DNA of 64,000 nucleotides, from contig NC_042997.1 in NCBI RefSeq assembly GCF_006345805.1, positions 39,184,001-39,248,000 of the forward strand, given 5' to 3'. The number at the start of each line of letters is the position of its first letter. Position 1 is the stretch's first letter. A model generated the notes under the pieces. That model was not told the DNA's origin. It saw only the letters and a list, made by a program, of their open reading frames with translations, and ran no database searches. This DNA comes from Octopus sinensis. Taxonomy: Eukaryota. Shown in pieces: positions 1 to 11,775 of this stretch. The position numbers and the translations under genes were made by a program.

Positions 1-341
1 GTGTGGTAAGTAGCTTGCTAACCAACCACATGGTTCCGGGTTCAGTCCCACTGCGTGGCATCTTGGGCAAGTGTCTTCTGCTATAGCCCCGGGCCGACCA
101 ATGCCTTGTGAGTGGATTTGGTAGACGGAAACTGAAAGAAGCCTGTCGTATATATATGTGTATGTGTGTGTGTTTGTCCCCCTAGCATTGCTTGACAACC
201 ACTTAGCGGTTCGGCAAAAGAGACCGATAGAATAAGTACTGGGCTTACAAAGAATAAGTTCCGGGGTCGATTTGCTCGACTAAAGGCGGTGCTCCAGCAT
301 GGCCGCAGTCAAATGACTGAAACAAGTAAAAGAGTAAAGAG
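1..341 (+). mobile_element. SINE family A (tRNA-headed, central TA/TG microsatellite, GTAAAAGA tail); begins before the window
   Basis: Pol III A/B-box-like head (GTGTGGTAAG...GGTTCAGTCCC). The body is shared with about 20 copies in the window. It ends in a CAGTCA-AA-TGACTG hairpin and a (GTAAAAGA)n tail. Confidence 0.9.
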
Positions 342-856
342 ATGATGAAATATTTTCCAGATTTTATAAGTGGTCCTAGTTTAATGTTCATCACAAACAA
401 ATTGTTAGATTGTTTTTTTATTTTGTTGTTGTTGTTGAAGATTTTTTTTCTTTAACACCATTTGTTTCCTTTGTAGAACGATTGTTGTCAAAGTGTAAAA
501 CTTTGAGGAAAGGCTAACATTCATAAGCTGTTCACAGAGAACTTTGAAGCAGTAACAAACACTAAAACTAGGTTAAACTTTCTTTCAAACTGTTTGTGTT
601 TAGATTTATTAACTTAGAATTTTATTTCAGCCAAATTAGATGTGAGATCCTCTTGGATTTTAGAACCACTTTTTTTGTTTTAAAAATTTGACTGATATAT
701 TGTTGCTCATGATATTATGGTATAGTATGAATGAAAAGATGTACATATGTACAATGAATAATCCAGAAGCACTAAATCTCATCTGGATCAGCCCTGCATT
801 TTAGTTCCAGATTTCTTGAATCTTCAGGCTTGGTAATCTTAAACTTACACAACTAA

Positions 857-1180
857 GCATGGCTGTTTGGTAAGAAGATTGCTTCTCAACCACCTGGTTC
901 AAGGTTCAGTCCCACTGCATAGCATCTTGGGCTAGTGTCTTCTACTATAGCCAACCATAGCCTTGTGGGTGAACTTGGTAGATGGAAACTGAAAGAAACT
1001 TGTGTGTGTCTGTGTTTGTTCCCCACCGCTGCTTGACAACTGGTTTTAGTGTTTTATGTCCCCACGCCTTAGTGGTTCAGCAAAAAGAGACCAATAAAAA
1101 AAGTACCAGGCTTAAAATGAAAACAAAATTAAGTAGCAAGGTCACTTCATTCGACTAAAAGTTCTCCAAGGTGGTTCCAC
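857..1180 (+). mobile_element. SINE family A, diverged subfamily A'
   Basis: Colinear with family A but with many substitutions. Confidence 0.7.
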
Positions 1181-1184
1181 AGTA

Positions 1185-1487
1185 GGTGCAGGAGTGGCTG
1201 TGTGGTAAGTAGCTTACTTACCAATCACATGGTTCCGGGTTCAGTCCCACTGCGTGGCACCTTGGGCAAATGTCTTCTACTATAGCCTCGGGCCGACCAA
1301 AGCCTTGTGAGTGGATTTGGTAGACGGAAACTGAAAGAAGCCCGTCATATATATGTGTGTGTGTATATATATATACACATATATATATATATATATATAT
1401 ATGTATGTGCATGTATGTTTGTGTGTCTGTGTTTGTCCCCCTAGCATTGCTTGACAACTGGCTGAAACAAGTAAAAGAGTAAAGAGA
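1185..1487 (+). mobile_element. SINE family A with internal deletion of the 3' body
   Basis: Head and microsatellite are intact; the sequence jumps from GACAACT to the CTGAAACAAG tail. Confidence 0.85.
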
Positions 1488-1936
1488 GTCTAATGATTGA
1501 AACAAGTAAAGAATAAAAGACATTGAACTGCTGCAGTTGTTTACTACATCAGCTTCCCCACTTTTTCTCCAGTCACTCATGGTTTGGACACTTGGACAGA
1601 ATCCATTGAGTCACAGGGTCATGTCAAGCTCCAGCCACTAGTGCTGGTGGCGCAAAAATAAGCACCCGGTACACTCTATTAAGTAGTAGTTGACATTAGG
1701 AAGAGCATCCAGCCATATAAACTATGCCAAAGTTTACATCGGAGCTCAACATGACCATTTGTGGCTCACCAGATCCTGTCCAAGTCTCCAATCCATGCCG
1801 GCAAGGAAAATGGACATTGAAAGAGGATAATGATACTCTCATTTTTTTTTATATCTTTATATAAAATTTCCTCTGTTTTGTATCTGGGAAGATTCATTTT
1901 ATGGGAAGTTTCATTTTATTCCTCTGTATTTGCAAG

Positions 1937-1951
1937 GCTGCTACTGCCATT
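1937..1951 (+). CDS. candidate 15-nt microexon (AATAI), host gene unknown
   Basis: Pyrimidine tract + AAG acceptor, GCTGCTACTGCCATT, then a GTGAGT donor. Frame-preserving. Could be chance. Confidence 0.2.
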
Positions 1952-2001
1952 GTGAGTTTCCTCCACCTGCCGCCTTTGAAGAAGCCATGTTCTGAAAATC
2001 G

Positions 2002-2250
2002 TGCCGGTGGACACATAAAAAGCACCATCCGATCGTGGCCGTTTGCCAGCCTCGTCTGGCACCTGTGCCGGTGGCACGTAAAAAGCACCCACTACACTCA
2101 CGGAGTGGTTGGCGTTAGGAAGGGCATCCAGCTGTAGAAACACTGCCAGATCAGACTGGGCCTGGTGCAGCCTTCTGGCTTCCCAGACCCCAGTTGAACC
2201 GTCCAACCCATGCCAGCATGGAAAGCGGACGCTAAATGATGATGATGATG
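2002..2250 (+). mobile_element. retroposon family D (RTE-type, (TGA)n tail)
   Basis: GGAGTGGTTGGCGTTAGGAAGGGCATCCAGC core, ending CCAACCCATGCCAGCATGGAAAGCGGACGCTAAA(TGA)n. Many copies in the window. Confidence 0.85.
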
Positions 2251-2876
2251 AAACGGTATCTCTGCAAGAAACTTAAAAGTTAAATAAGCAAAAGGAAAAG
2301 CCTTTTTCCATTCCAGGCAGAGCAGAAAATGCAAAATTTAATTCCTATCCAAACCAGTATGCAAATAGATAAATAAAAACAAAACATAATAAGTTGATAT
2401 ATACACAAAACATCCACTTGGATTACAAACATTAAATTGTGAGTTGTAAAAAGTACCCTTACCTTCTGTTGGTAATCCATATATTGATAACAATTTCTTA
2501 CACTTGGCACAAGACCAAAAGATTTGGGAAAGGGGACCAGCCAATTAAAACATAACTGATGTTTGTTTTATCAACCCCAGTTGATAAAAGTCAGTCAGCC
2601 TTGGTAGTATTTGAAATAGGATGTAAAAAAAAAAGTAACAAAATACTGCAATGTATTTTGCTTGGTGCCCCTACCATTTCTGTTATCCACTACCCTAGTG
2701 ACAATAATAGTAACAATAATACATTAGCACAAGGTCACAGCTTTGTAGGGGAGATGTAAAAATTGGTTGACTTGATCCCCATTATGTGCAAAAGCCAAGT
2801 TGACAATGGTGGCATTATGAAAGCAGCCTGTAAAGGAATGAAACTAAATACTTTAAAGGTATTTAGTGGTACACTC

Positions 2877-2935
2877 AATAATAATAATAATAATGATAAT
2901 AATAATAATGATGATAATAATGATAATAATAATAA
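2877..2935. repeat. (AAT/GAT)n microsatellite
   Basis: Direct reading; forms the 5' flank of the R4/Dong fragment. Confidence 0.95.
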
Positions 2936-3382
2936 TCGACATGAGCATCCCCTGTGATCATAATATCTCAGCGAAAGAGTTTGACAAGCTCAGAAAATAT
3001 AAAGACCTACTCATTGAAATTGAGAAAATGTGGCATCTCAAGGCGGTTACAATACCAGTGATCGTAGGAGCACTAGGAATGATCAAGAAGGGAACCGAAA
3101 ATTATATGAGAATGATCCCTGGCTTACCATCCCTGCAAGAAGTGCAAAAGATTGTCTTAACTGGTACATCACACATATTGAGAAGAGCATTGTCGATGTG
3201 AGAACTGTTGCTGCTCATGTATTTTAATTTAACTTTAAAAAAAAAAAAAAAAAAAAAAAATGAACGAACTACTGAGTTTGCTTTAATGGCCTACCAATAT
3301 ACACTATGAGTTTCTTTGCCCTAGGAGTCGGGAAGACCCTCGGCAAGAAATGGAAGAAAATTTGAAAGAAGAAAAAAAAAAG
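2930..3382 (+). mobile_element. 5'-truncated R4/Dong-clade non-LTR retrotransposon (restriction-like endonuclease C-terminus + 3' UTR)
   Basis: IDMSIPCDHNISAKEFDKLRKYKDLLIEIEKMWHLKAVTIPVIVGALG...LQEVQKIVLTGTSHILRRALSM* matches the D...E..K..KY..L / IPVIVGALG pattern of RLE-type LINEs. Flanked by (AAT)n on both sides. Confidence 0.85.
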
Positions 3383-3585
3383 TAATAACAATAATAATAA
3401 TAATAATGGTGATGACAATCTCTGGAAAAAAAATCTTGTGTTGAAATAAATTTTAATTTGTTATTTAAGGTAGGAGAAAAATATTTACATAATTGGCTAC
3501 TGTTGAATCAGTGATTTTCTTTTCTTAGTTTTTTATAATTTTCAGTAAAATGCACTTTTTTTAATGCTACTTATTCTTTATTTAG

Positions 3586-3636
3586 AACGCTTTCAAACAG
3601 TATCTGAAGTTGATTAACTGGCCACAGCCATTAGAT
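3586..3636 (+). CDS. candidate 51-nt internal exon (NAFKQYLKLINWPQPLD), host gene unknown
   Basis: TTATTCTTTATTTAG acceptor, open phase-0/0 frame with protein-like composition, GTAAAT donor, non-repeat sequence. Confidence 0.35.
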
Positions 3637-4472
3637 GTAAATAAATTTCATACTGTTTTAATTTCTCTCTAATTTTATTTAAAAAAAAGGACACAGTTTG
3701 TTGTCTGTATATTATTGGCACACTGTAAATAGTTAACAGATGTTATTTTTAAAAGAATGGCATACAACTTCCTCATTTTCTTTCTAAATCTGTGTCTTTT
3801 GTCAAAACTGTAATGGCTTTTAGAGTGAAGTAAGCCTCTTAAATTTTAGTAATCCACCCAAAAAAGCAATTACTAAAATAGTCATACTTTAAGTATTCAT
3901 CTCACACACACAACCTCATGGCAAAATATAATTAAAACGATGTAGTTGGACACAGATGCTATTCTATATAATATTGTAGGTTACTCATTACAATTAAGCT
4001 AAGAATCTACCCACTAAAAGATTAGCATTCAAATATGTACAGACATAGGTGAATAGCTTAGTGTTTTTTTCTGTTGTTTTTTTTTTTTTTTTGCAGGTCA
4101 GAAGGGCAGTCTAGTGATCATTGTTAATTTCTTTGCATTCTCTTTTCAAAACAAATCTAAATCAGCCAGATATTTAGTTGTTAGCCTTAGGGTGGTGGAT
4201 TAACAGAATCATTAATATCAGACACAGTGCCTTATGGTATTTAGCAAATAGCCTCTTATATTCTGAGTTCAAATAATGCTGAGGTCAACTTTGTCTTTAT
4301 CTTTCCAGGGTCAATAAAAAAAATAATACCAATCAAGAATGACTGAGGTCAAAATAATTAATTGGACCATCCCCAAAAGTTTGTTGCATTGTGTCCTTTG
4401 GCAGAAATCAATATTATTGTTCACCTAACCTTTTTTTTTTTTAAGCTGTTTTTCATATCTCGCCTGTGCAAT

Positions 4473-4843
4473 ACTCTTTTACTTGTTTCAGTAATTTGAC
4501 TGCAGCCATGCTGGAGCACCACCTTTAGTCGAGCAAATTGACCCCAGGACTTATTCTTTGTAAGCCTCGTACTTATTCTAGCAGTCTCTTTTGCCGGACC
4601 GCTAAGTTATGGGGATGCAAACACACCAGCATCGGTTGTCAAGTGATGTTGGGGGGACAAACACACATATATACATATACACGACTGGTTTCTTTCAGTT
4701 TCTGTCTACCAAATCCACTCACAAGGCTTTGGTCGGCCCGAGGCTATAGTAGAAGAGACTTGCCCAAAGTGCCACACAGTGGGACTGAACCTGGAACCAT
4801 GTGGCTGGTAAGCAAGCTACCTACCACACAGCCACTCCTGCAC
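4473..4843 (-). mobile_element. SINE family A
   Basis: Full-length reverse-complement match to family A. Confidence 0.9.
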
Positions 4844-5126
4844 CCTATTTATTTCTTTTTATTAGTCTACCCATCATAATTTAACCCTGTCATTATTTTC
4901 AAAGGGATTTTATTAATAAATGTTTCTTTAGGCACAAGATCAGCAGTTTTGAGAGAGGAAGTGTTAGTTGATACCATTGACCCCTCATAATCAGTACTGT
5001 ATTTTATCCACCCGAGAGGAATGAAAGCAACACTGACCCCAGTGAGATTTGAAATCAGAATATAGAGAGTTGGAAGAAATATTACAAGGCATTTTTATCT
5101 CACACTAGTGATTCTGCCCTTTTAAT

Positions 5127-5400
5127 GAAACCTGGACACTAACAAAGAAATTATCAAATGGGTTAGATGGCCGCTACACAAGAATGCTACAAATGGTCAA
5201 AATGTGAAATGGCAGCAACATATGACAAGTGAATGCTTTATGGAGACAGCATACTCATGCATTCCATTTTTGTCTTGATTGTTGTTAGACATTGTCTGAG
5301 ACCCTTCGTTATCTCTGCTCATTCATTCACCATTGATAAGCACCAACACCATAGAGGTTGTCTTGTCTCCAACAAGATTTAAGGAGAGAGAGGGGGGATG
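5127..5400 (+). pseudogene. decayed RTE-clade LINE ORF 3' fragment
   Basis: ETWTLTKKLSNGLDGRYTRMLQMV, then a frameshift to NVKWQQHMT, and later HCLR..SAH. Typical of the RTE C-terminal region (ETWTLT...LDG.YTRMLR; GHCLR). Confidence 0.75.
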
Positions 5401-5534
5401 GGCAAAAGGAAAAGGCAGAGATGGTAATTGAAGAAAAAGAAGGAATCCTAAGAAAACACCAAGGTGAAAGGGACAGGAGGGGAGACTACGAGTGCTGTGG
5501 TAATCAGAGAAAATAAAAAAGGAAATCCCCTATA

Positions 5535-5911
5535 GGCGCAGGAGTGGCTGTGTGGTAAGTAGCTTGCTTACCAACCACATGGTTCCAGGTTCAGTCCCAC
5601 TGCGTGGCACCTTGGGCAAGTGTCTTCTACTATAGCCTCGGGCCGACCAAAGCCTTGTGAGTGGATTTGGTAGATGGAAACTGAAAGAAGCCCGTCATAT
5701 ATATGTATGTGTGTGTTTGTGTTTGTCCCCCCCAACATCGCTTGACAACTGATGCTGGTGTGTTTACATCCCCGTAACTTAGCGGTTCGGCAAAAGAGAC
5801 CGATAGAATAAGTACTGGGCTTACAAAGAATAAGTCCTGGGGTCGATTTGCTCGACTAAAGGCGGTGCTCCAGTATGGCCACAGTCAAATGACTGAAACA
5901 AGTAAAAGAGT
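5535..5911 (+). mobile_element. SINE family A
   Basis: Full-length copy. Confidence 0.9.
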
Positions 5912-6656
5912 ATCTTGAAGCCTCTTGAACATTTTCATTGATAAGCGCCAATGAATCCTTTAAGCAGAACAAAATATCAATAATAAGTATGGACAAAAGT
6001 GAAATTCTGTTTACTGTCAATGCTGTAAATGTTTATTTTGTGCAGTAAAATACAAAGTTGAATATCAGTTTTAATAACATAGCCTACTTCACTCTCATTA
6101 CTGGTCTTTCAGCTTTCAGTCATATATCTCCTAAGTCAGCCAAATATATCCAAATCAATTTATGTAATCTGACTACATCAAACAACTTTGTTGCACTTAT
6201 GTAATGGCCCTTCCCTGTTTTCTAATCTTCTTTACTAATTAGTTGTAAGCTAATAGATAGAATTCCAGTGTAATTCTTCACTGCAAATTATACAAAGTAT
6301 AGCCCCATGGATTCATGATTATTCATGAATACACTCCTCCTTAACATTTAGATTTTGAAGAAAACATTTTTGCCAGTAAGTCCCCAATCTTCTAATAATT
6401 GCTGTTGTAGCTTTTAACTTTTTGTATCACCCAACATCAGCGATAATGATATTTAGAAAGCTGAAGATAATGTAGAGACTGAAATTGTGGCAAATAGAGT
6501 ATCAATTTCAATTAATTTTATTGAATTTAATATCAAATAAATGAGTGTATGTATTTGTCCAACCCATGCTAGCATGGAAAACGGATGTTAAGCGTTGATG
6601 ATGTATTATAAGGAGGTGGGTTGACAGAATCATTAGCAGGCCAAGCAACATTCTTA

Positions 6657-6840
6657 TTTCTTTACTACCCACAAGGGGCTAAACACAGAGAGGACAAACA
6701 AGGACAGACAAACGGATTAAATCGATTACATCGACCCCAGTGCGTAACTGGCACTTAATTTATCGACCCCGAAAGGATGATAGGCAAAGTCGACCTAGGC
6801 GGAATTTGAACTCACAACGTAAGACGAAATACCGCTAGGC
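6657..6840 (-). mobile_element. SINE family B
   Basis: Reverse complement of the GCCGAGGTCGACTTTGCCT..CATCCTTTCGGGGTCGATAAATTAAG body and the AGCCCCTTGTGGGTAGTAAAGAAATA tail. Confidence 0.85.
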
Positions 6841-7137
6841 ACTTCTTGGCATTCCATTCATCCTTATGTTCTGAGTTCAAATTCAGCTGAGGTCAACTTG
6901 GCCTTTCATCCCTTCGGGGTCAATTAAGTATCAGTTGATCACTGGTGTTGATGTACTTTAACTTATCCCCCTCCCCAAAATTGCTGCCCTTGTACCAAAA
7001 TTTGAAACACTATTAAGTATTATTAAATGCAGATTAGCTGGTATTGCAGAAATTAGAACTCTTTTTATATGACACAAAAATATTCAATGGCTTTTGATTA
7101 AACAGCTTATTTCTACATTAGGGATATATTTAGTACA

Positions 7138-7306
7138 CAGGGTGTCCCAGAAGCCGCGCACCATTCTGGTTTCCATTTAAAATAATTAAAGCATTTTATT
7201 TTATTATATTTTTTCTGCATGTTTTATTGTAGAGGGTGCTCACTTTGAGCATTTGTTATGGTTAATTTAAAATACCAGGGTGGTGCACGACTTCTGGGAC
7301 ACCCTG
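7138..7306. mobile_element. Tc1/mariner-type MITE
   Basis: 26-bp TIRs CAGGGTGTCCCAGAAGCCGCGCACCA / TGGTGCACGACTTCTGGGACACCCTG (2 mismatches); TA on the right flank. Confidence 0.85.
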
Positions 7307-7814
7307 TATATTCTGCATATTAAACTACATGATTTTATCTTTCTGTTGTATAACTATATAATGTTTGGTAGCCTTACCTGTATGGTATTGCATCTTAATG
7401 GATTCAAACAAATTAGATCCATTGCATTAGTTTTAATGCAATGGCTGGTCACATGATTACATATTTAATTAACAACACATCTATTTGAGCTCACAGTTAC
7501 TATTCTAATTTTCGACATGTTTAACCATTTTGATTCCAACCTACCGAAGTCCACATCTGGCTCTATGATTCAAACTTCCTGTTTAAGTCATCTAAATTAA
7601 AACCTTCCCTCAAAATTCCATGTTAATTTATGTTCCAAACACCAGCTTGATTTAGTAAATTCTTCATTATTTTCCAAATTAATTCTAACAAAGACAGTGT
7701 ATTTCAACAGAAATATGGTAATAAAAAAGCGAAAATACCATATCAAAAAAGTCAGAGCTACACTCATTATTTACATGTGGTTTGTACATGCTATGGTAGA
7801 TTAACACTCTAGAT

Positions 7815-8226
7815 CAGTCGTTTTCAACCAGGGTTCCGCCAGTACAGTCCAGGGGTTCCGCAAGAAGTTACAAAACTGCTAAAATCGACAGTAATTTTTA
7901 ATTCTCCTGTGCAGATATGTGTGCATAAGACAATTAAATTATTGCACAGGGGTTCCTCATCATCATCATCGTTTAACGTCCGTTTTCTGCGCTAGCACGG
8001 GTTGGACGGTTCGACCGAGGTCTGGGAAGCCAGGGGCTGCTCCAGGCTCCAGTCTGATCTGGCAGAGTTTCTACGGCTGGATGCCCTTCCTAACGCCAAC
8101 CACTCCGCGAGTGTAGTGGGTGCTTTTTACGTGCCACCTGCACTGGTGCCAGGGTGGCGGGTCCGGCATCGGTCAGTGAAATGTTTTTTTGGGGTTCCGC
8201 TCCAGCAAAAAGTTTGAAAAGCACTG
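7815..8226. mobile_element. hAT (Charlie-like) MITE carrying a nested family D copy
   Basis: Termini CAGTCGTTTTCAA / TTGAAAAGCACTG; 8-bp TSD CTCTAGAT at 7807-7814 and 8227-8234; an uninterrupted sister copy lies at 17249. Confidence 0.9.
7958..8170 (-). mobile_element. retroposon family D
   Basis: (TCA)n start and reverse-complement D body, inserted inside the hAT MITE. Confidence 0.9.
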
Positions 8227-8651
8227 CTCTAGATTTTGGACAGCTGTTAAATCTCATCAATATGGTTTGATTATTTTTTAACTTGTTCCATCCAGCCTGT
8301 CAGCTTTGGTGAAAATATAAGCATTTTATTTAGTTACAGATAAACTTAGAGTATGATCAGTGAGGGTGATTGGACAACTTACTCACTTATCAGGTCAGAT
8401 TGTGAAATAATAATCTGGTTGAGTTTGCATAGGCAAAATAATATCAAAATAAAACATAAGCAGTAATGGGGAGGATGGGGGGACATACAGAAGTACAAAG
8501 TGAATGTAATACAAAGAAAGGAATGTAAATCAGTGTTTCAGACAGTGGCCCCTTTTCAAGACAGAAGGAGAGAAAGAAAGAAAAAAAATTGGGTGAAAAC
8601 AGGGTGGTGGTGGGTCAGAGCTGTGGTGTGCTTGAATGACAGATATGAAGA

Positions 8652-9080
8652 GGTGGTGAGCTGGCAGAAACGATAGCACGCCAGGCGAAATTCGTAGCCG
8701 TATTTCGACTGCCGTTACGTTCTGAGTTCAAATTCTGCCGAGGTCGACTTTGCCTTTCATCCCTTTCGGGGTCGATTAAATAAGTACCAGTTACGCACTG
8801 GGGGTCGATGTAATCGACTTAATACCTATGTCTGTCCTTGTTTGTCCTCTCTGTGTTTAGCCCCTTGTGGGTAATAAAGAAATAGGTATTTCGTCTGCTA
8901 TTACGTTGTGAGTTCAAATTCCGCCGAGGTCGACTTTGCCTTTCATCCCTTTCGGGGTCGATTAAATAAGTACCAGTTACGCACTGGGGGTCGATGTAAT
9001 CGACTTAATACCTATGTCTGTCCTTGTTTGTCCTCTCTGTGTTTAGCCACTTGTGGGTAATGGGTAGTATAGAAATAGGT
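8652..9080 (+). mobile_element. SINE family B with tandem duplication of its 3' ~180 bp
   Basis: Head GGTGGTGAGCTGGCAGAA..GAGTTCAAAT; the body and tail occur twice (about 8713-8890 and 8894-9078). Confidence 0.9.
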
Positions 9081-9532
9081 ATGAAGCAGTGGATTATGTA
9101 AGTTGTGTTCTGGGTAAATGAGAATTGAGCATATGGAGGAAGTCGGGGATAGGATGTGAGGTATGTGTGAGGAGGACCTTGCTAACACATTTTAAACTCC
9201 TTGTTCAGTCGCATACGTAGATCCCTGTTCACTCGCACTCACACACAAACCTACTTCACTTCAGTTCACTAATGCCCCCCCCCCACCTCCATGTGCTTGT
9301 CATACTTATTTTCTTTACTATAACACTGTCTCTCTTTTGCTCAAAACACAACTTCCTATCTTTCATTCAAGCATGTCGAAACTCTAACCCAATATCGCCC
9401 CTCCTCCTCCTTCCATTTCTTTTATATATTTCCTTTCTCTCTGTTGACTTTGTACATTTGTTACATTTGTTAATTTTTCTTCTAATTTTTTTTTTTTTTG
9501 TCTTTTGCCCTGTTTTTTTTTCTTTGTCTTAC

Positions 9533-9566
9533 CTGGATATCACCTTCCGCAATACTTTGTTTTCTG
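9533..9566 (-). CDS. candidate 34-nt exon on the minus strand
   Basis: On the minus strand: GCTTTTTGTTGCAG acceptor (NAGNAG), CAGAAAACAAAGTATTGCGGAAGGTGATATCCAG, GTAAGA donor. Two frames are open. Confidence 0.25.
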
Positions 9567-10232
9567 CTGCAACAAAAAGCATTCAAGTTTGCAACTTTGG
9601 TCCTAATTCTGATGAGTATTTACACAAAGGCTTAAAGTTTATTTTACTGACCTAAATGACTCACCAGGTCATTTGGTCTTCAGAATTTTTCTCATTTTAT
9701 TTTTTTCTTCTTTCTTCCTTGTTAGTCATAATTCCCTTTCTGAAAGATTCTAACACATTCAAATGTGTGTATTATGTGCATAGATGTGTGTGTGTGAGCA
9801 TATTGGAAATATATAATAGTACTTATTAAGTAAAGGTGGTTTCATTGTAATTCCATGTAGGTGTTGGTACCTTGTCATACATAGTATTTTCACATTCACT
9901 GTTCAAATTGTTTTCAGGTGAGATAGATATACATATGAGGTAAACAGTTTTTTTACTGTATAAACTAGACAATCCACTTGTCACTTACCTGAGTAAATCC
10001 AACAAATTCAGAAGTAGCAATGTTGGTCTGTTCTCTCTGCCAATATTTACTTTATATTTACTCAGACCCCCCACCCCCTTGTAGTTTGCCATCACTTTTC
10101 TGTTTTCTTAAAGAGCAACCAAAGTATTAAGGTTTGGACCAGTCTGATACAGTGATGTCACCTAATTAAATATCTACCTGTAAAGTCTCTTTAATCTTCT
10201 CTATGACAAGTTTTGTTTATTTATTTACATTT

Positions 10233-10274
<42 letters not shown>

Positions 10275-10463
10275 ACATATGATTTGAGCTTTTATAGTTT
10301 AGGCTTGATTACCTAATTTTACCTGTGATTATAGGTAAAACTGAATTTCATGAATTGGTTTTCCTATCAGTTGAAAATCTATGGTAAAAATGGTGTATTA
10401 TCCCATACCTTCAATACTTAAGCATCCCTACCAAGATTTAGTGTCCTTCTAATTTTACGCGCA

Positions 10464-10471
10464 CACACACA

Positions 10472-10562
<91 letters not shown>
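10464..10562. repeat. compound (CA)(CT)n(TA)n microsatellite
   Basis: Direct reading. Confidence 0.95.
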
Positions 10563-10565
<3 letters not shown>

Positions 10566-11166
10566 CACTTGTTTCAGTCATTTGACTGCGGCCATGCTGG
10601 AGCACCGCCTTTAGTCGAGCAAATCAACCCCGGGACTTATTCTTTGTAAGCCCAGTACTTATTCTATCGGTCTCTTTTGCTGAACTGCTAAGTAAAGGGG
10701 ACATAAACACACCAGCATAGGTTGTCAAGCAATGCTAGGGGGACAAACACACATGCACTAACATATACACACACACTTATATATATATATACATATACAT
10801 ATATACATGTGCAGGTGGCACGTAAAAAACACCCACTACACTCGCGGAGTGGTTGGCATTAGGAAGGGCATCCAGCCGTAGAAACACTGCCAGATCTGAC
10901 TGGGCCTGACGAAGCCTTCCAGCTTCACAGACCCCAGTTGACCCGTCCAACCCATGCCAGCATGGAAAACGGACGCTAAACAATGATGATGATGATGATA
11001 TATACGACGGGCTTCTTTCAGTTTCCGTCTACCAAATCCACTCACAAGACATTGGTCGGCCTGAGGCTATAGTAGAAGACACTTGCCCAAGATGCCACGT
11101 AGTGGGACTGAACCCGGAACCATGTGGTTGGTAAGCAAGCTACTTACCACACAGCCACTCCTGCAC
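10563..11166 (-). mobile_element. SINE family A with a family D copy nested in its central microsatellite
   Basis: The two halves of A flank a plus-strand D copy at about 10809-10998. Confidence 0.9.
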
Positions 11167-11167
11167 C

Positions 11168-11199
<32 letters not shown>

Positions 11200-11775
11200 A
11201 TATTTGTATAAGTTCTTTGAAGTGAAGGTTTCCCTATGCTTTCCCTATGCAATGTTTTCAAATTGGAATGTTTTCTCCACCCCCTCACATGCAGTCCTTC
11301 TGTGGCTTGAGACAGTGTTGTTAGAAATCTCTGAATGATATAATGTTTGATGTCAACTAACTCGGATATCTAACCTAAATGAAGTGTGAGTAACAGCATA
11401 GGTATTTTGGCACTGTGTCACTGAATGTAAATGCTCTTTTATAAGTGTTGTTAAAATGAGTAGAAAGAGAATAAGGACACCCAATACCCTCAAGTTGGTA
11501 CGGTTTGAACTGTAGATAGGGCACTTAAAAATGCCACTTAAAATGGGAAGCAGTAAATGATTTTAGGGCTGGTACAATTTTTTTTTTTTTTTGGTTTCTA
11601 ATTGAAGGTACTTTCTGAAGGTTTCTAATACATGCTCATATTAGATATTCAAGTCATGTCTATTAAAAGCTCATAAAAATGTTTATTATTGATGTGTAGC
11701 TTGAACTGTTTTCGATGAAGTATTGATTAGTACTATTACAATGGTATATGTGTGTGTGTGTGTGTGTGTGTATAC

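Noticed and set aside
477-571. Exon-like segment reading NDCCQSVKL*GKANIHKLFTENF, suggesting UGA selenocysteine
   Set aside because: The donor (GTTAAA) is poor, there is no resemblance to a selenoprotein I know, and no SECIS evidence. All three frames are closed.
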